Assembly: GCA_002256025.1 (NCBI GenBank)
Contig: NKIB01000204.1
Span: 1 to 34,569, forward strand
Length of the DNA: 34,569 nt
Source: Asterionella formosa
Lineage: Eukaryota
Direction of reading: 5' to 3'
The notes below the pieces were generated by a model. That model was not told the DNA's origin, searched no databases, and saw only the letters and a list, made by a program, of their open reading frames with translations. Positions 11,282-23,783 of this stretch are shown one piece after another. The position numbers were made by a program, and so were the translations under genes. Within the stretch, counting starts at the first letter, position 1. Every line of letters begins with the position of its first letter.

Positions 11282-12274
11282 ATGGAGAAACTCAGTGTCA
11301 TCCTTGAAGAAGCCCAAAGCATAGCTTCCGACGACGGTTACAATTTCCTGAATAACAACAGAGTGAAGCCATTCACTTTCCCGGATAACATTTCTATGCC
11401 TTATGAGACTGTTAGTCTCGACTTCTCAACTAAACCTATGGCGCATAAGGGGGTCAAAGCTCAGAAGAAGCGCACTTGGAAAAAGCCTTTTGACAAGCCC
11501 AAGCGCCCGCTTTCCGCTTACAACTTGTTCTTCAAGGAAGAGCGGGAGCGAATTCTTTCCTCAATCTCCGATGATATGGCGACGGTTGATGTCAGCGACG
11601 GTCTCACCGAAGAGATGAGACGACGACGTCATCGCAAGACGCATGGAAAAATTGGTTTTGCAGATCTTGCCCGAAGTATCGCAGACCAATGGAAGTTGAT
11701 CGATAAATTCTCACGTTCTACGTATGAAACACAAGCTGATGTCGAGAAAGTCCGTTACAAGGCGGAACTTGAAGTATGGATGAAGAGTCGAAAAAATGAT
11801 GAGTCAAAGGTTCCCAAGGGAATAATGTCTGCTAAGATACAGAGTGCCACCCACCCCTCGCTCGCTTCCATGATGGCTGCAAGTCGAATGCGAAACCAAT
11901 TGCTTCATCAACAGTTGATGCTGCAACATCAGGCCCTCATGAGCCAGCAACAAATGCAAACCTTGATGGGACTTCCCAGCATGATTCAACAACAACAGCA
12001 GCACATCATGATTTTGCAACAGCAAGTCTTCTCCGGCCCTACTTTGCCATCTATGACCCAGTTATCTGTTAGCATTCCAAACTGTGTAGATATGCGATCC
12101 ATAACTGGAGAGCAATATGTTGCCCCTGATGTTTCCTTCTCATCGTTTGATTTCTTCGATGACGAGCCACTTCCAATGGAGCACGAATCGGTTGTGACGG
12201 TAGAGTCAGATCTATCGTCACTTGAAGATGACCTTACAAATTTCATGAACGATTTTGAAGCTGAGCTTTTATAG
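11282..12274 (+). CDS. HMG-box DNA-binding protein (330 aa) with Q/M-rich region and acidic C-terminus
   Basis: Intact single ORF. KPKRPLSAYNLFFKEER...RRRHRKTHGKIGFADLARSIADQWK...EKVRYKAELEVW is an HMG box with the insertion typical of diatom proteins. Confidence 0.93.
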   Translation: MEKLSVILEEAQSIASDDGYNFLNNNRVKPFTFPDNISMPYETVSLDFSTKPMAHKGVKAQKKRTWKKPFDKPKRPLSAYNLFFKEERERILSSISDDMATVDVSDGLTEEMRRRRHRKTHGKIGFADLARSIADQWKLIDKFSRSTYETQADVEKVRYKAELEVWMKSRKNDESKVPKGIMSAKIQSATHPSLASMMAASRMRNQLLHQQLMLQHQALMSQQQMQTLMGLPSMIQQQQQHIMILQQQVFSGPTLPSMTQLSVSIPNCVDMRSITGEQYVAPDVSFSSFDFFDDEPLPMEHESVVTVESDLSSLEDDLTNFMNDFEAELL

Positions 12275-12491
12275 TATATTAATCGATTAAATACGACATG
12301 TTGGGTTTTTTCCAGAACTTTTTCAAATGGGTACTCGTAACTATCTTCCTGTATGTCCTGGGTATCATCGCTGGAGTTGTAACAATAGACTACTCCCACG
12401 GTTCTGGTATGTGTGTACCGGTAGTTGCAATCAAACTCTACCGTGTAAGCTTTCATGAAGTGCAAGCTCTGATAGATCCCTGGTAACATTA

Positions 12492-12519
12492 GCCCCTCCT
12501 ATTAAAAAATTATTCCGAA
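12492..12519 (+). repeat. Isolated mariner-type TIR
   Basis: GCCCCTCCTATTAAAAAATTATTCCGAA preceded by TA. 26/28 identical to the TIR at 9709-9736 in inverted orientation. Confidence 0.8.
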
Positions 12520-12890
12520 TCGAATGGTGTATATGACAAGACCAAATTGAAACTGTTTACAGTGCAATGGGTAAGAAAGTTGTTGTAGACTCTGCATTTA
12601 CATCAAAGACGTCACATGCAATGATCAAATCACACCAAAACAATGTTAAAAAGAATGGTAACCCTCGTCAAAGATTTGACTTAAATGTTCAAGCAACATC
12701 AGTCAGACAGTTGTCTGAATGGGGAAAGAGGTATCTTCAGGGGCTGTTTCCCAGGTTGAAAGATAATTTTGGTTATGACGAGAATGGTGAAAGGATACTA
12801 ATACTCCAAAATGATTGTTTTACTATAGAAATTTCATGCCAGTAAAGTCAGCCAGAATCAAGTTGCTTCGGTCTAGTACATGCCTTATTT
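12520..12890 (+). pseudogene. PIF/Harbinger (DDE_Tnp_4-like) transposase, C-terminal remnant
   Basis: GKKVVVDSAF...ATSVRQLSEWG..LQGLFPRLKD contains the last D and E of the Harbinger-type DDE motif. Frameshifted and 5'-truncated. Confidence 0.75.
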
Positions 12891-12943
12891 GCATAAGTCT
12901 TAGAATTATGTTTAAAGTCTTAGATTAACTTTATTTATTAAAC

Positions 12944-13750
12944 TTATTCATCATCACTACCGCTTTCATTGTCACCATCATCATCATTTGGTGTTCGAAA
13001 TTTTTTGGATACAGACAAAGATTGTTGTACATTTTTACTCATTGGCATTGTTGTGGTTGGAGATTGCAATGATTGCTGCATTGATAACATATTAGAAGCT
13101 ATCATTGAATTCATTATTTCCTGAATGGTTTCTACATTGGCAGTTAAGTTGGTTGTTTGAGATGCCCAACACTTCAACATTATTGCCATGAGTGACATCA
13201 TCATCCTGTTCATCATGTTGCATTTCTGCGGAATTTACTGTTGCTGCATTTGCATCTGATTTTTGTCATTCTAGTTCACTTTTTGAAGCAATTGTGCGTG
13301 TTGAAACTAGAGCCAACTTTTTTTCAAGATTGTTCGATTCAGGTTCATCCCTGAGTCGAGGGGATACCATAGGACAAGGAAATCTTGTACTAGTAGTGAA
13401 TCTTGCAGAAGTTTCTCCAGCGGAAACAGCAGGAGTTGCTCCAATGAAATCAGAAGAAATTGCAGCATAAGTTTCCGACATTTGAGTCGCATCATCATTT
13501 TCTTGACTGTCCTCAATTTCCATGAATTCATCATTGACAATGTTGCCCTCTTCTATCCAAAGGTCTGCATGATCAACTTCACCGCTAGCATCTGGTCTTT
13601 CCTCTATTTTTCGGAATACTTGCTTAGCATATTGGACCTCAGCAGGACATGTTGGTTTACCAGTTGGTTCTTTTACCTTATGTATACTGACACAACTAAC
13701 CCTGTTCATGTTTTCTGCAAATCCATCGGTTAAACCTATGACAATTTCTG
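12944..13750 (-). pseudogene. Harbinger accessory ORF remnant (Myb/SANT-like, PTG-x-P-x-CP motif), convergent with the transposase
   Basis: KEPTGKPTCPAEVQYAKQVFRKIEER resembles the PTGDPxCPxxVxxAK motif (DUF6818-like). Met-rich C-terminus in ORF 12944-13216; split by stops and frameshifts. Confidence 0.6.
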
Positions 13751-13915
13751 GTTAGTGTACTGTGCCAAGGGCCATACCTGCTGACTATTATGAATCTTCC
13801 CAGGAAATTATAGTGGTCACGAATCCTTCTGTTGGTCAGCTAGTGACCTTAGTGCCAAAAACGCCAACAGAATGCAGAACAGATTGCACATGTGCAACAG
13901 TAGCAATGATATTTC

Positions 13916-13995
13916 AGGAGAATGAGTTGCACCCAAGGATTAACTAATAAGCTCATATATTTAACAAATACTACTACTTCTAATAAGATACTTCA
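13916..13995 (+). mobile_element. 3' half of an LTR of the same Gypsy family
   Basis: AGGAGAATGAGTTGCAC..AAGATACTTCA matches the 3' part of the other LTRs. Followed by CCTGT. Confidence 0.8.
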
Positions 13996-14007
13996 CCTGT
14001 TACCTGG

Positions 14008-14203
14008 TGAGCAATCCCGTGTAACTACACATACATCTATAGGGTTAGGGTTACATAGATTATATCAGAACTCTATCAGGAGAGAACTCGACTAACAACT
14101 ATTGAATACTTTAGTGTCAACCTAGGAGAACAAGTTTCACACAAGGATTAACTAATAAAATCATATATTCAAATAGCACTACTACTTCTAGGTAGGTACT
14201 TTA
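14008..14203 (+). mobile_element. Solo LTR (196 bp), CCTGG TSD
   Basis: TGAGCAATCC...GGTACTTTA, where the terminal CA has become TA. CCTGG at 14003-14007 and 14204-14208. Confidence 0.85.
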
Positions 14204-15004
14204 CCTGGTGCACAAGCTCTAATATACTACAAAAAATGTCAATCAAATTTTATAGTACATTAGCTATCCTCACAATTTTGTCAAAGCACCAAAATGTAAT
14301 TAGGAGAAACTAAGCTAGTACTATCACTGTCTGCAAATAAAAACTATCATATTTCCATGATGCATCATAAGATTGTGATCATCTGATCATAATTTTTCGT
14401 AATATCATCTAATAATTTTGATAAATGCCAATGCCCTTGTAATTTCAATAGGAACCCTTTTGACTACATTTATTTAATTATTACCTGTATTGTTTCTATT
14501 AGATTCCTGTATTCGAATTTCTTGGTAGGATAATGTACCAGCTAGTAAAGTAATGTAATTTGGCTTGTCATTTCCATCCGTCATCACTCCGATTTTTGCA
14601 ACAACAACGAAATACTAGAGATGACATGTGGAATGATTGTTTGCGATAACAACGTCTTCAATTGTTGGTCAAGTGATCATTATATCTTTGAGTAATTGTC
14701 ATGTGCAGTGAACCTTTGTTCATAATCATTCAATTAAGAGTTTACAGAGAAGAAATCATTCGAACTCGTAATTGTTCTGCACACAGCGCACATTATAAAT
14801 CCGTTTATCCGTTTCGTCAACCACATTCTACTTGTTCTCGTTGACACTTTCAATTCTCACATGATACTACATCAACTATTGAGATTCAGCATAGAATTAG
14901 ATACGAAATGTAACAGACTACTGTTCACATAGCTATAGTTATAGAATGATTCTGATTACAATTTCTTTTTCATGTCGCTCGTTTCTGCATTTGGCATGCT
15001 GTAA

Positions 15005-15475
15005 TTGTATTTACTATTGAACTTGTCTGCATCTTTGATACCATCAAGAGAGCGAAAGCAAGTGGCTCTCTTCATTGTTGTTTGCTTGTAGGAAATATTT
15101 GATATCTGTATCGTCATTTGCTTGTTGGAACTGTCCGGTGCCTCAAACCTGCTTGGCGTCTTGGCGTGTGCCTACACACACTGCCGACTTGTTTTCATTG
15201 GTATGTTGTTCTTGTATTCACTGTTGAACTTTTCCGCATCTTCCTTTGTTACCATCAATAGAGCGACAAGTGGGTCTCTTCATTGTTGTTTGCTTCTGGA
15301 AAAGTCGGTGTCCATGTCATCCTCATCAATAGAGGGACAAGTGTCCTTCATCATTGCGATTTGCCGCTGGAAAAATTGGTACCCGTGGTATCGTCATTCG
15401 CTCGTTGGAACCACTGTCCGTTGCCTCAAACCTGATTAACATGTGTGTACGTGTGTTCGTGCACTGTCGACTTGT
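15005..15475. repeat. Imperfect tandem duplication (~200-260 bp units)
   Basis: Blocks ACCATCAA.AGAGCGA, CTCTTCATTGTTGTTTGCTT, GTATCGTCATT.GCT.GTTGGAAC and TGCCTCAAACCTG occur twice, with a third partial sub-unit near 15325. Confidence 0.8.
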
Positions 15476-16061
15476 GTACATTACAGGAGTGACTTAGCTA
15501 CTAATGTGCATGTTATAATATCATACTCCGTAGTGCGATGAAGAATACTACAGTTCCCAATCATCTCATCATGATTGATAAGATGATAATGTGATATCAC
15601 AATAGGGTTACATCGATTCATACATCACTAAAGTATGATACATAATATTGAATAAAGCATATCACATAGAGATGATGCATTAATCATAGAACTATGATGA
15701 TTTCTTAAAATGTTTGTGATATAATTTTGATCAAAATATGATCTTGTTAAAATAATACAATGACAATAAAATGCGATAAAATATGTACACAAGTGTTATC
15801 GATACATCATAGAAAATAAATAAATAAATCATAATTATGTTACTTAATATATAAATTCGACTTTTAATGTACACAGTAAAAGCCAACATTTAATATGATA
15901 GTATTATATGGTGGATTGGATCTAAGTATACGGATGCGTTGATATGTACATCACTATAATATGATTTGTGATATGGATTGATGCATATCACCTACCGGTA
16001 TCCTCAACAACCAGCCATCACATTCATTGTCGTCTTGTTTTCCCTTGTTATAGCTGTATTT

Positions 16062-18286
16062 ATGCCGGCATGTGTATTGTGTAAACATGACGCTGGCGGA
16101 ACATGCATAGTACACTGCTGTGCTCTGTTCAACAATTACTACACTCAGTTACCATCACCCCAGCTGCACCTCCACAAGCGCCGCAAAAAGCTCCGCGTTT
16201 CCTTCCACTGTTTTACATCATAGTCTTCTGGCCCTTTGACAACTTGCTTTCCAAATGGCATTTCATGGATTTCATGCAAAGGATCAGTCAAACAAGAAAC
16301 AAATGTGACTTACTTCCATTGTTTACACTACACGACTTTATGTTTTCGGAAAAGAAGATGAAGAAACTTATGAAATCAATCGAAGATTTACTCCTTTGAA
16401 TACACTCATATAACAGATGGCTTTGAACAGATTCAGAATACTCCAGAAAAAATAAAGAAGCAAGTATGCCGATACAATAGTTGCAGAGGTTGAAAAGAAG
16501 GAAAGATTGCTTTCGAAGAGCCAAGGAAACCCAAACAGTTGTTCTTCGTGGATCGGATGAAGACTCTATTCCCACAGAGTCATAGTTCCATCCAGTGTCG
16601 TATTTCGCTCCTCATTCTCCTGAAATCGCTGATAATGAAGAAGAACTCAGTGATTCTCATTCATTTGATGAACGAATTCATGCGATGAATGAAAATACCG
16701 GCGGAAATGTGGGAGACATCACTTCTGAAGTAGAAATGGTTGAAAAGATGCAAAACCAAGAAATATGTCTCACTATTCGTCCAGAACGCACATCAAGATA
16801 AACATCATGAAAGCAGAGAAACTATTGCATTTCTAAAAGAAAAGATATTCAAGAAAAATTCTGAGCAAGCTAGATCAAGACCTCGAGTTCAAGAAGATCA
16901 ATGCAGACAGAGATGTGATGACCATGCTGGCTAAGGCAGTTGATGCACTGAGCGAGTCGGGAACGAAGTTTGAAGAACAAAATTGAATCTTTTTCCAAAT
17001 CATACATGGACGAAAAAGAGTTTCTCTGTAAAATCATCGAGAACAATCCCGAAGGCAGCTACTTTTGTGAAGAGTCAGCATGTGAAATGTGTAGAGTTAT
17101 TATCCCAAAGCAAACTGAATTTCCTTGAGTTTGCCGAAAACGCATGGACAACTAAAATTGTGGAAATATTTGTACACACGTACCCCACAAGAAATATTTC
17201 TACGCCTCTGTATTTTATGGAGTCAAAGGCATCAAAAAATCATCTTCAGATTTTAAAGATCTTGCATATTGGAACCTTGAAACAATTACCTTGCTCTATG
17301 ATCGATGATATAATTTATGAACTTCATCCAACTGAAGTTAAGGTTATATTTGATCTGGATGAGAACCCAGAAAAGGGTAATAACAATCCATATATATATA
17401 CCAAAGTGATTGTCATCCACTTCATCATGACAGTAACTACTGTCTGTGCTAATGGTTTATTGCAAAAGATCAGATGAGGAGGAAAACAACCATTTTGTGC
17501 ATTATCTTCTTGCTATAAATGATAGATTATGTCATGTATTTCACCTTGCCCGTAAGTACTGCATCATCCCTGGATGCACGAAACAATTGGAATTGTTATG
17601 CACCGATACAAGATATCTCCCACAAGAATACCATACACCTGAAGAAATTGGTTTATCGGAATCTTTCTATACTGGCACCATGGAAAGTTTTAAAACGTCA
17701 TGTGGTAGCAACTGATCGAACAGACGATTTGTTATCTGTTACATCTGACCCACCAACCAAGTCAACATACTTTCATCTTGAAACATTTTGGCCTCAAGTG
17801 ACAATGACAAACATTCGTGAGGATATGTTTCAGTTGGAAATAACTGTTCTTCAAGTTTTTATCGACAAAATTTTGAGCTCCTATTTAGATTTAAAAATGT
17901 TGAACGAAGTATTTGGACGACTTCCTTGCAATTCATCTTTCAAGAAGGATAATGTTGTCAACGTTAAATCCATGATCCAACAAATGAATGAAAAAGTTGC
18001 TTCCTTCAAATGGTATAATCATGCACCTCTTGACCAAATTTCTGGATGCATCAAAATTGATAAAAATTTGAAAAAATATTTTGTAACTAATGATAGTAGC
18101 TCTTTTTCTGGAATCAAATTGAAAAAGTTTACAGACTCATATCGAACTGCAATTGAAAAGTGGAGAAGAAAAATTTCGGACGAAACGAGAAGGACCATCT
18201 TAGGTTCTTTGGGAGTGAAAAAGGACAAAAAATGGACCATTGGTATCATCCAATCTCATCATTCCTCAGGACAATTTAGTTTGTGA
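16062..18286 (+). pseudogene. Frameshifted accessory gene of the Plavaka-like element; possibly Ulp1/C48-peptidase-like
   Basis: Chain of overlapping plus-strand ORFs (16103, 16595, 16983, 17446, 17519) convergent with the transposase. Ordered weak motifs NNHFVHYL..TSCG..FWPQVTMTNIREDM. Confidence 0.45.
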
Positions 18287-18384
18287 AAACCTTCTAATAA
18301 CTAAACTAGTATGTGAAACTATATTATCACTTTTATTTTTATTTTTCTTCTGTATTTATCAACGTTCGCTTGTTAGTTTTTGGT

Positions 18385-21300
18385 CCCACCCGATTGATTT
18401 CCATAAATGACGTGGAGGCATGGTAACATAAAAATTATCTTTCCGTGTCTGTTCCAAAACTTCTTACGGTTTCGGAGATTTTCTTGATTCCTGTGGTTTC
18501 AAAGCAGGAACAACAAATGCTGCCGAAAGTATGTTATGAAATTCAACAACGCTCAATTCAGTTGTATCATTGCATAAGGTGTCTCCTCTTGCAAAAAAGC
18601 AGCATACGTTTATGAATTTTCATTTCAGTTGAACTTTTCAAGGAACGAATACACGCTAAGAGAATGGTTGTTGTTTTGGAGAAAATAACATTTCCCCAAA
18701 GAAGTAGTTTTGCCGGAACTGTGTAGGAACTTGTTCCATTTCCTTTCTCCCAGTTCACTTCCACTTCGACCCAGTCAAACCATTCACGACCAGAGATTCC
18801 TGCATTTGAATCATTATTCCATTTCGGATGGCATCTGAGAATGGTAGTTTGGCCGGGAAAGTTACTTTTAATTTTAGCATAATAATAAATGTCAATTCTT
18901 ACAATGGAAATAGGAACAACCCAATCTTCAAGACTTTTTATTTTTGCTATTTCTATTGCTGAATTCGCAATGCTCTTTACGGAGTTGGCCCCCTTTGGTA
19001 AATCAGGATGAACCAATTGAGACCACAAGAAGGGTGCATCCTTTCTCTGTGATACATGCCCAATCTTATTACGGACACTTGCTATAGTCCATAGACCGCC
19101 CATTTGATGATGAAGCAGAGAATTGAACTTTGACAGGAAGGGATGGTGAATGGATCTTGGTAGGCGAGATTCCCAAATTATCAGGCGACATACTAGGCAA
19201 AATCCTTGTATCCTGAATCATTCCCTCGAAATCAATTTCGGTTGAAATACCTTCTGTTACATTCATATGCACTACTTTACTCATCTTCTTTTGTTTGTTT
19301 TCTTTACGTAATGTATCACTTGCAAAATCAATTTTTCGTGCCAAGGAAAACTGCCTTGTTTCATATGACCTTGTTCAAATGTCATGCTTTAATCGATGTA
19401 ATTGTCCTTCCATTGACACGCTTACTGGGTTGATCGTTTCAATTTGTCTTTCAAAAAAGACTCCAAATATCCACCAAAGAAATTAAGAGGAGATCCGAAC
19501 TTCCTAATCAGATGAGGGTAATGTTTCCTTCCATGACGTTTTTCCATTCGTAAGCCAATTTGAGATATCATTTCCCGTTGGGGACCAATCATAATCTTAG
19601 TAACTGACATAAATCTCTTAACCCTTTCCTCTAAAATATCAATACATGTTGATGTATACTGCGGTATGAATAAAGGGTCATTGATAGATATACATTACCA
19701 TAACAGCAATGTGAAATCCTTTTCTAGGTGCATGTTCTCTGAACCCATCATTCCACCAATTGGAAAAATAGTTAACAGAAATAATCCGGGAATTTCTTGC
19801 CTTGCCCTGACATTTTTGACAAAGCTGTCATCCCAGATCTGTATGACAATTTTGGAATATCACGATCGCTTTGCCTTGCTATCCAAATGACTATTGATAT
19901 ATCTAGCAGCCACTTTGTTCGAAGTATAGTTTCAAAAATACATTTCTGGTGCTGGTACAAGTGTTGGGTCTTGATTTTTGCCAGTGTAGATATTTTTGAT
20001 AACTGGTGCGTGTGTCCTTTTTGGTCTTTGCCCGTTTCTTCGGTTGCTCTTGATCAAGAAAAGCAGTGTCTGTTGTTTCAGTGACACGTTTCTGATCAGA
20101 GATGTTCTCTGGAATATCTGGAGATTTACTTTCTTTAAAAAACCTGTCCATTCTTCAGGGACAGTCCGATAATTGTACAATGATTCCAAAATGTACTTAA
20201 ATATTCGAAGTAGTAATTGATGAAGAACCTCAAATGGAGTTGCACCAAATAATCCTTCTGAGTCACCACCAAAAAATGATTTATTAGTGCAGGCATCATA
20301 GGATTATGCGATATATCGCGGCATCATTCGTTTGCTGTTGTGTATTTGCCATTAGATTGGGAGACACAATGATACTCAGGTGGGATACATGATAAGTTTC
20401 CATCAAGATATGCATTTTTGTCAAGAAACTTGTTTAAAAACTTTTTAACATCTGACACTTTACGACTTTCACATCCAACATCGGGATTATCAGTCAGCAT
20501 CTTCAGTTGAAACCAGGCAATCACGACAAACATATCGAAGATATAATCCATTACTACCCCTGAAGCCACAAATTTTGTTGTGCTCTTCTGTATCACCAAT
20601 GATCATTCCAAGCTGGAAATAAACTTTTGTCATACCAAGACCATGAACCTAAATATCGTACTTGTTTGGATCGCTCTTCGAAAGGCGACAATTGAAATCC
20701 TGTAACAGAATGGTATAATTTGAGTCGACATTAGGACAAGCGTCACCAGATAAGCAACTTATTATTCATTTGTTTCTCCAGATCACTGACTTCAATGTCT
20801 GGCAAAAGAGATACCAATTGCCATCCATCAACTTTTTACAATCCTTCCTTCTAACGTTAAGTTTAACATTGTCAACAAAAACGGATGCTCGGAATGTTTC
20901 ATTTGTTTATCAGTAGGTGAACCATCACTGAAAACTGCTAGGGCAACAAATAAACACCCTGTCTTCAGCTTTGGCCTTGAACAGCCATTTCATTAGATGA
21001 TCAAAGTAAGCTGGTGGAAGGTATTTTTCGTTAAGGAATAACATGAGTTCTAATTCGATTGGATGCGCGCATGTTTAGGGAATGTTTACTTGGAAGTTGA
21101 AATTGAGAAGGAAGGGGCATTTCCATTGCATTTTCAGGGAGAAAGCCGGTGTGATCTTGGAAATCTGAATATTGCATGGTCTCTGAATTCAACCCTTGGA
21201 GAGTTTTTAGTTTCAATTGTTCGTCTTGTTGTGACTGAATATTGTTATAAACTGAATCGTCGCTGTTGTCAAGAAATGGATGATTGTGGCCACTTGATTC

Positions 21301-21597
21301 AAGGATAGGACACATAATCTCTTCTTGTTGTCTACTCTCCCTGAATGCTGCAGTAGTTACACTGCCATTAACTTCTTTGCTTGAATGATTCGATGCACTA
21401 CCGCAATACATAGTTTCATTATATAATCCAGGAACTCGATGTTCTTGCATGCAATGTCGACTGTGACCATATGCATAAAAAACACGGTTGCTACAATTTC
21501 GGTTGTGAGACTCCTCAGATGGGGATTTGTTCTTCCGAAATTTGTAGTTACACAGATAACTCCATTGCAATGTCCGCAAAGACATTGCAAATTTCAA
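18385..21597 (-). pseudogene. Plavaka-family transposase pseudogene
   Basis: Ordered motifs across frames: LAVFSDG, IIGDTEEHNKICG (~20566-20605), CRDC..DNP, FGGDSEGLFGATPFEVLH (~20220-20275), RQSDRDIP (~19850-19875), HYPHLIRKFGSPLNF..E, LRCHP..WFDWV..VPAKLL, PPRHLW. Many stops and frameshifts. Confidence 0.75.
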
Positions 21598-22102
21598 ATG
21601 ATGACAAAGTCAGGATATGAATAGGATAGAATGAAAATGAATTATTAGTAATAAATTGAGCATCACTCCGATCATGCTGTGCTGGACAATGCAGAGATGT
21701 GAAATTATCACTCCACCATAGTAGTAAAAATGGAGGTATACCGCTACATACAGTACAGTCGCCACTACTAGTAGTATAGAGCAGCATCACTGTTCTCCTA
21801 ACATCTATGATATGGTTTGTGCATTGTAGAAGTCTCACACTTACTATATTTATTATGTAACTACTAAGTATGCATTGGATTCTATTAGATCCATTCAAAA
21901 TCAACGTCGTCATCAATTTCCCGTTGATTAATGCGTTCATTGTAATCCATATTCTTCTCAGGAACATTTGGTTGAAGTGGTTCAACATATTGATGCATAC
22001 CCTATTCACTTACATTGGGAAATGAGAAGTATGAGTGTGGGTAGATGATATTTGAGGTGGAAGTAGGGGGTAGCAATTCCACTACTAGGATTCCTTCCAC
22101 AT

Positions 22103-23783
22103 TCAGATCGATTCTTTTGTGAAAGTCCAGTGTAGATTTCTTTGTACTAATATACGAGTAAATCGTTCATCAGTCCATTGATCAGTGAGACCATTTGAAA
22201 ATGAACTTTCTTCCCTCAAACTTTTTTTGATTAGTGGTTTCCCACCAATGTCGACAAACTCAGTAGAATGACGAATATCGTTCGCTGAAATTTCCTGCTT
22301 ATCTGGATTGAAACCCAAATATTTTTGTTGCAATCGGAATTTTACTTTCAGCACCAAGAAGCAAAATGCTTCTGTACTGGCATTGATCAGCGAACCAACA
22401 AAACGTGATTGCAATTCACACTGTGCCCGAAGACTGAGTTGAAATTTGTTCAGACCAGATTTGTCTCCTGTTAGAAATGGTTCTCCATGGCTTGTCCTCC
22501 CTATAAAATACACTGGAGTAATAACGCACATCACGCCAGACTTGGTATCCATGGATTCCCCTGTCAATGTCCTTTGACTGCGCAAAACGATAAAGCGTGA
22601 ACGCCCACCTAACTAAGTCATCAATATCCGTAGTCTGGAAGTTAGCTATATTCTGTTAGACCAGCTGGTGTGTCATGAATTATGTTAGCATTTTTAAATT
22701 CAAACATATTTGATAAGAATATAATCACCAACTCAAAACATCATGCTTTCAGAGCATCTCCCGCCCTGCAAGAACTTACCTAAGATTTTTTTAAATTGAT
22801 TATTCAATACATTCTGACATTCTCTCGCTCAACTTTTTAATGCACATGCCATCAAATGTTGATTTGATATAATCTAAACGTGCCTTGTTGGTACATTTAA
22901 TGGTCTGATTCATCGGAAGTAGTGCATCAGAAAGCTCTGGGTCACTCTTGCTCCAATTCTTTGCCTAACTCCAGTTTCACTATGTATAGCCGAGTTAGGC
23001 AACATTCGGCAAACCAATCCTGTTTGTGATTGTAAATGCCTTTCATACTACTTGGACCAGATAGGGCGGGATGGTTGATTCTCTTTTGGGACCAGAAAAA
23101 AACACATTAGATTGATATTCTTTTTTACAGTACCTGCAATTCACAAACTATAACCTCAAACTTACATGTTCACAGCAAAACTTCTTGTTCTTGAAAGCAA
23201 TCAAAACTCACAGCCATTATGACAATTGATGGATCGGTTCAATTTTAGCTAAGCAGTAAGGAGGAACGACGTTCTGATGTGGCAGCTGAAATTGAAGATT
23301 CTTGATAACCTTGTATGGACGAGTTTTGAACCGAATTACGACCTTTGTAGTGATTAAGTTCATTGACCAATTGAAAGAATCCTTTGGAAAGTGCAAAATG
23401 TTTTTCCCTCAGTTTTTCATGTACTTGTTGGTCCGTGCGATTAGAAAATTTATGATAAGGTACCATGTTGTCCATCTGCATCCGGGAGTTATTAATGGTA
23501 TCATTGACAGGAGCCATTTTTCTTGTATCAACAACTGAAAAAGAAACATCATCATCGCTTTCAGTAATACGGGAGCCTTTGTACTAGTAGCTGATGGTGT
23601 CCCCATCAACGATGGGGTAGTACCCCAACTAACTCCCTGTCGCCGATTGGGTTCCTTTGGATAATTGCCTATTCGCTTTTTCTTTTTTAACTCATTTTGG
23701 TACTTGATTCTTTGTTCCATACCGGCAGTATTTGCCACATGTCGCTTGTTTCCATGAAACTCTTTATGGTTTTTTGAAGACAT
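22103..23783 (-). pseudogene. Degraded uncharacterised ORF upstream of the Plavaka-like transposase
   Basis: Co-oriented fragments at 23409-23783 (basic, NLS-like KKKKR), 23245-23517 and 22103-22585. No recognisable domain. Confidence 0.4.

Noticed and set aside
11282..12274. HMG gene as a mating-type or sex determinant in a TE-rich region
   Set aside because: HMG sex determinants exist in fungi and brown algae, but this diatom-type HMG box belongs to a multi-member family and the sequence alone shows no sex linkage.
11403..12489. Overlapping or antisense ORFs (11403-11618, 11804-12025, 11986-12489, 12298-12486)
   Set aside because: They are shadows of the HMG CDS or short ORFs with no recognisable motif.
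16062..23783. TET/JBP dioxygenase cargo, as in some fungal elements of related transposase classes
   Set aside because: No convincing HxD..H..R arrangement was seen in the accessory ORFs.
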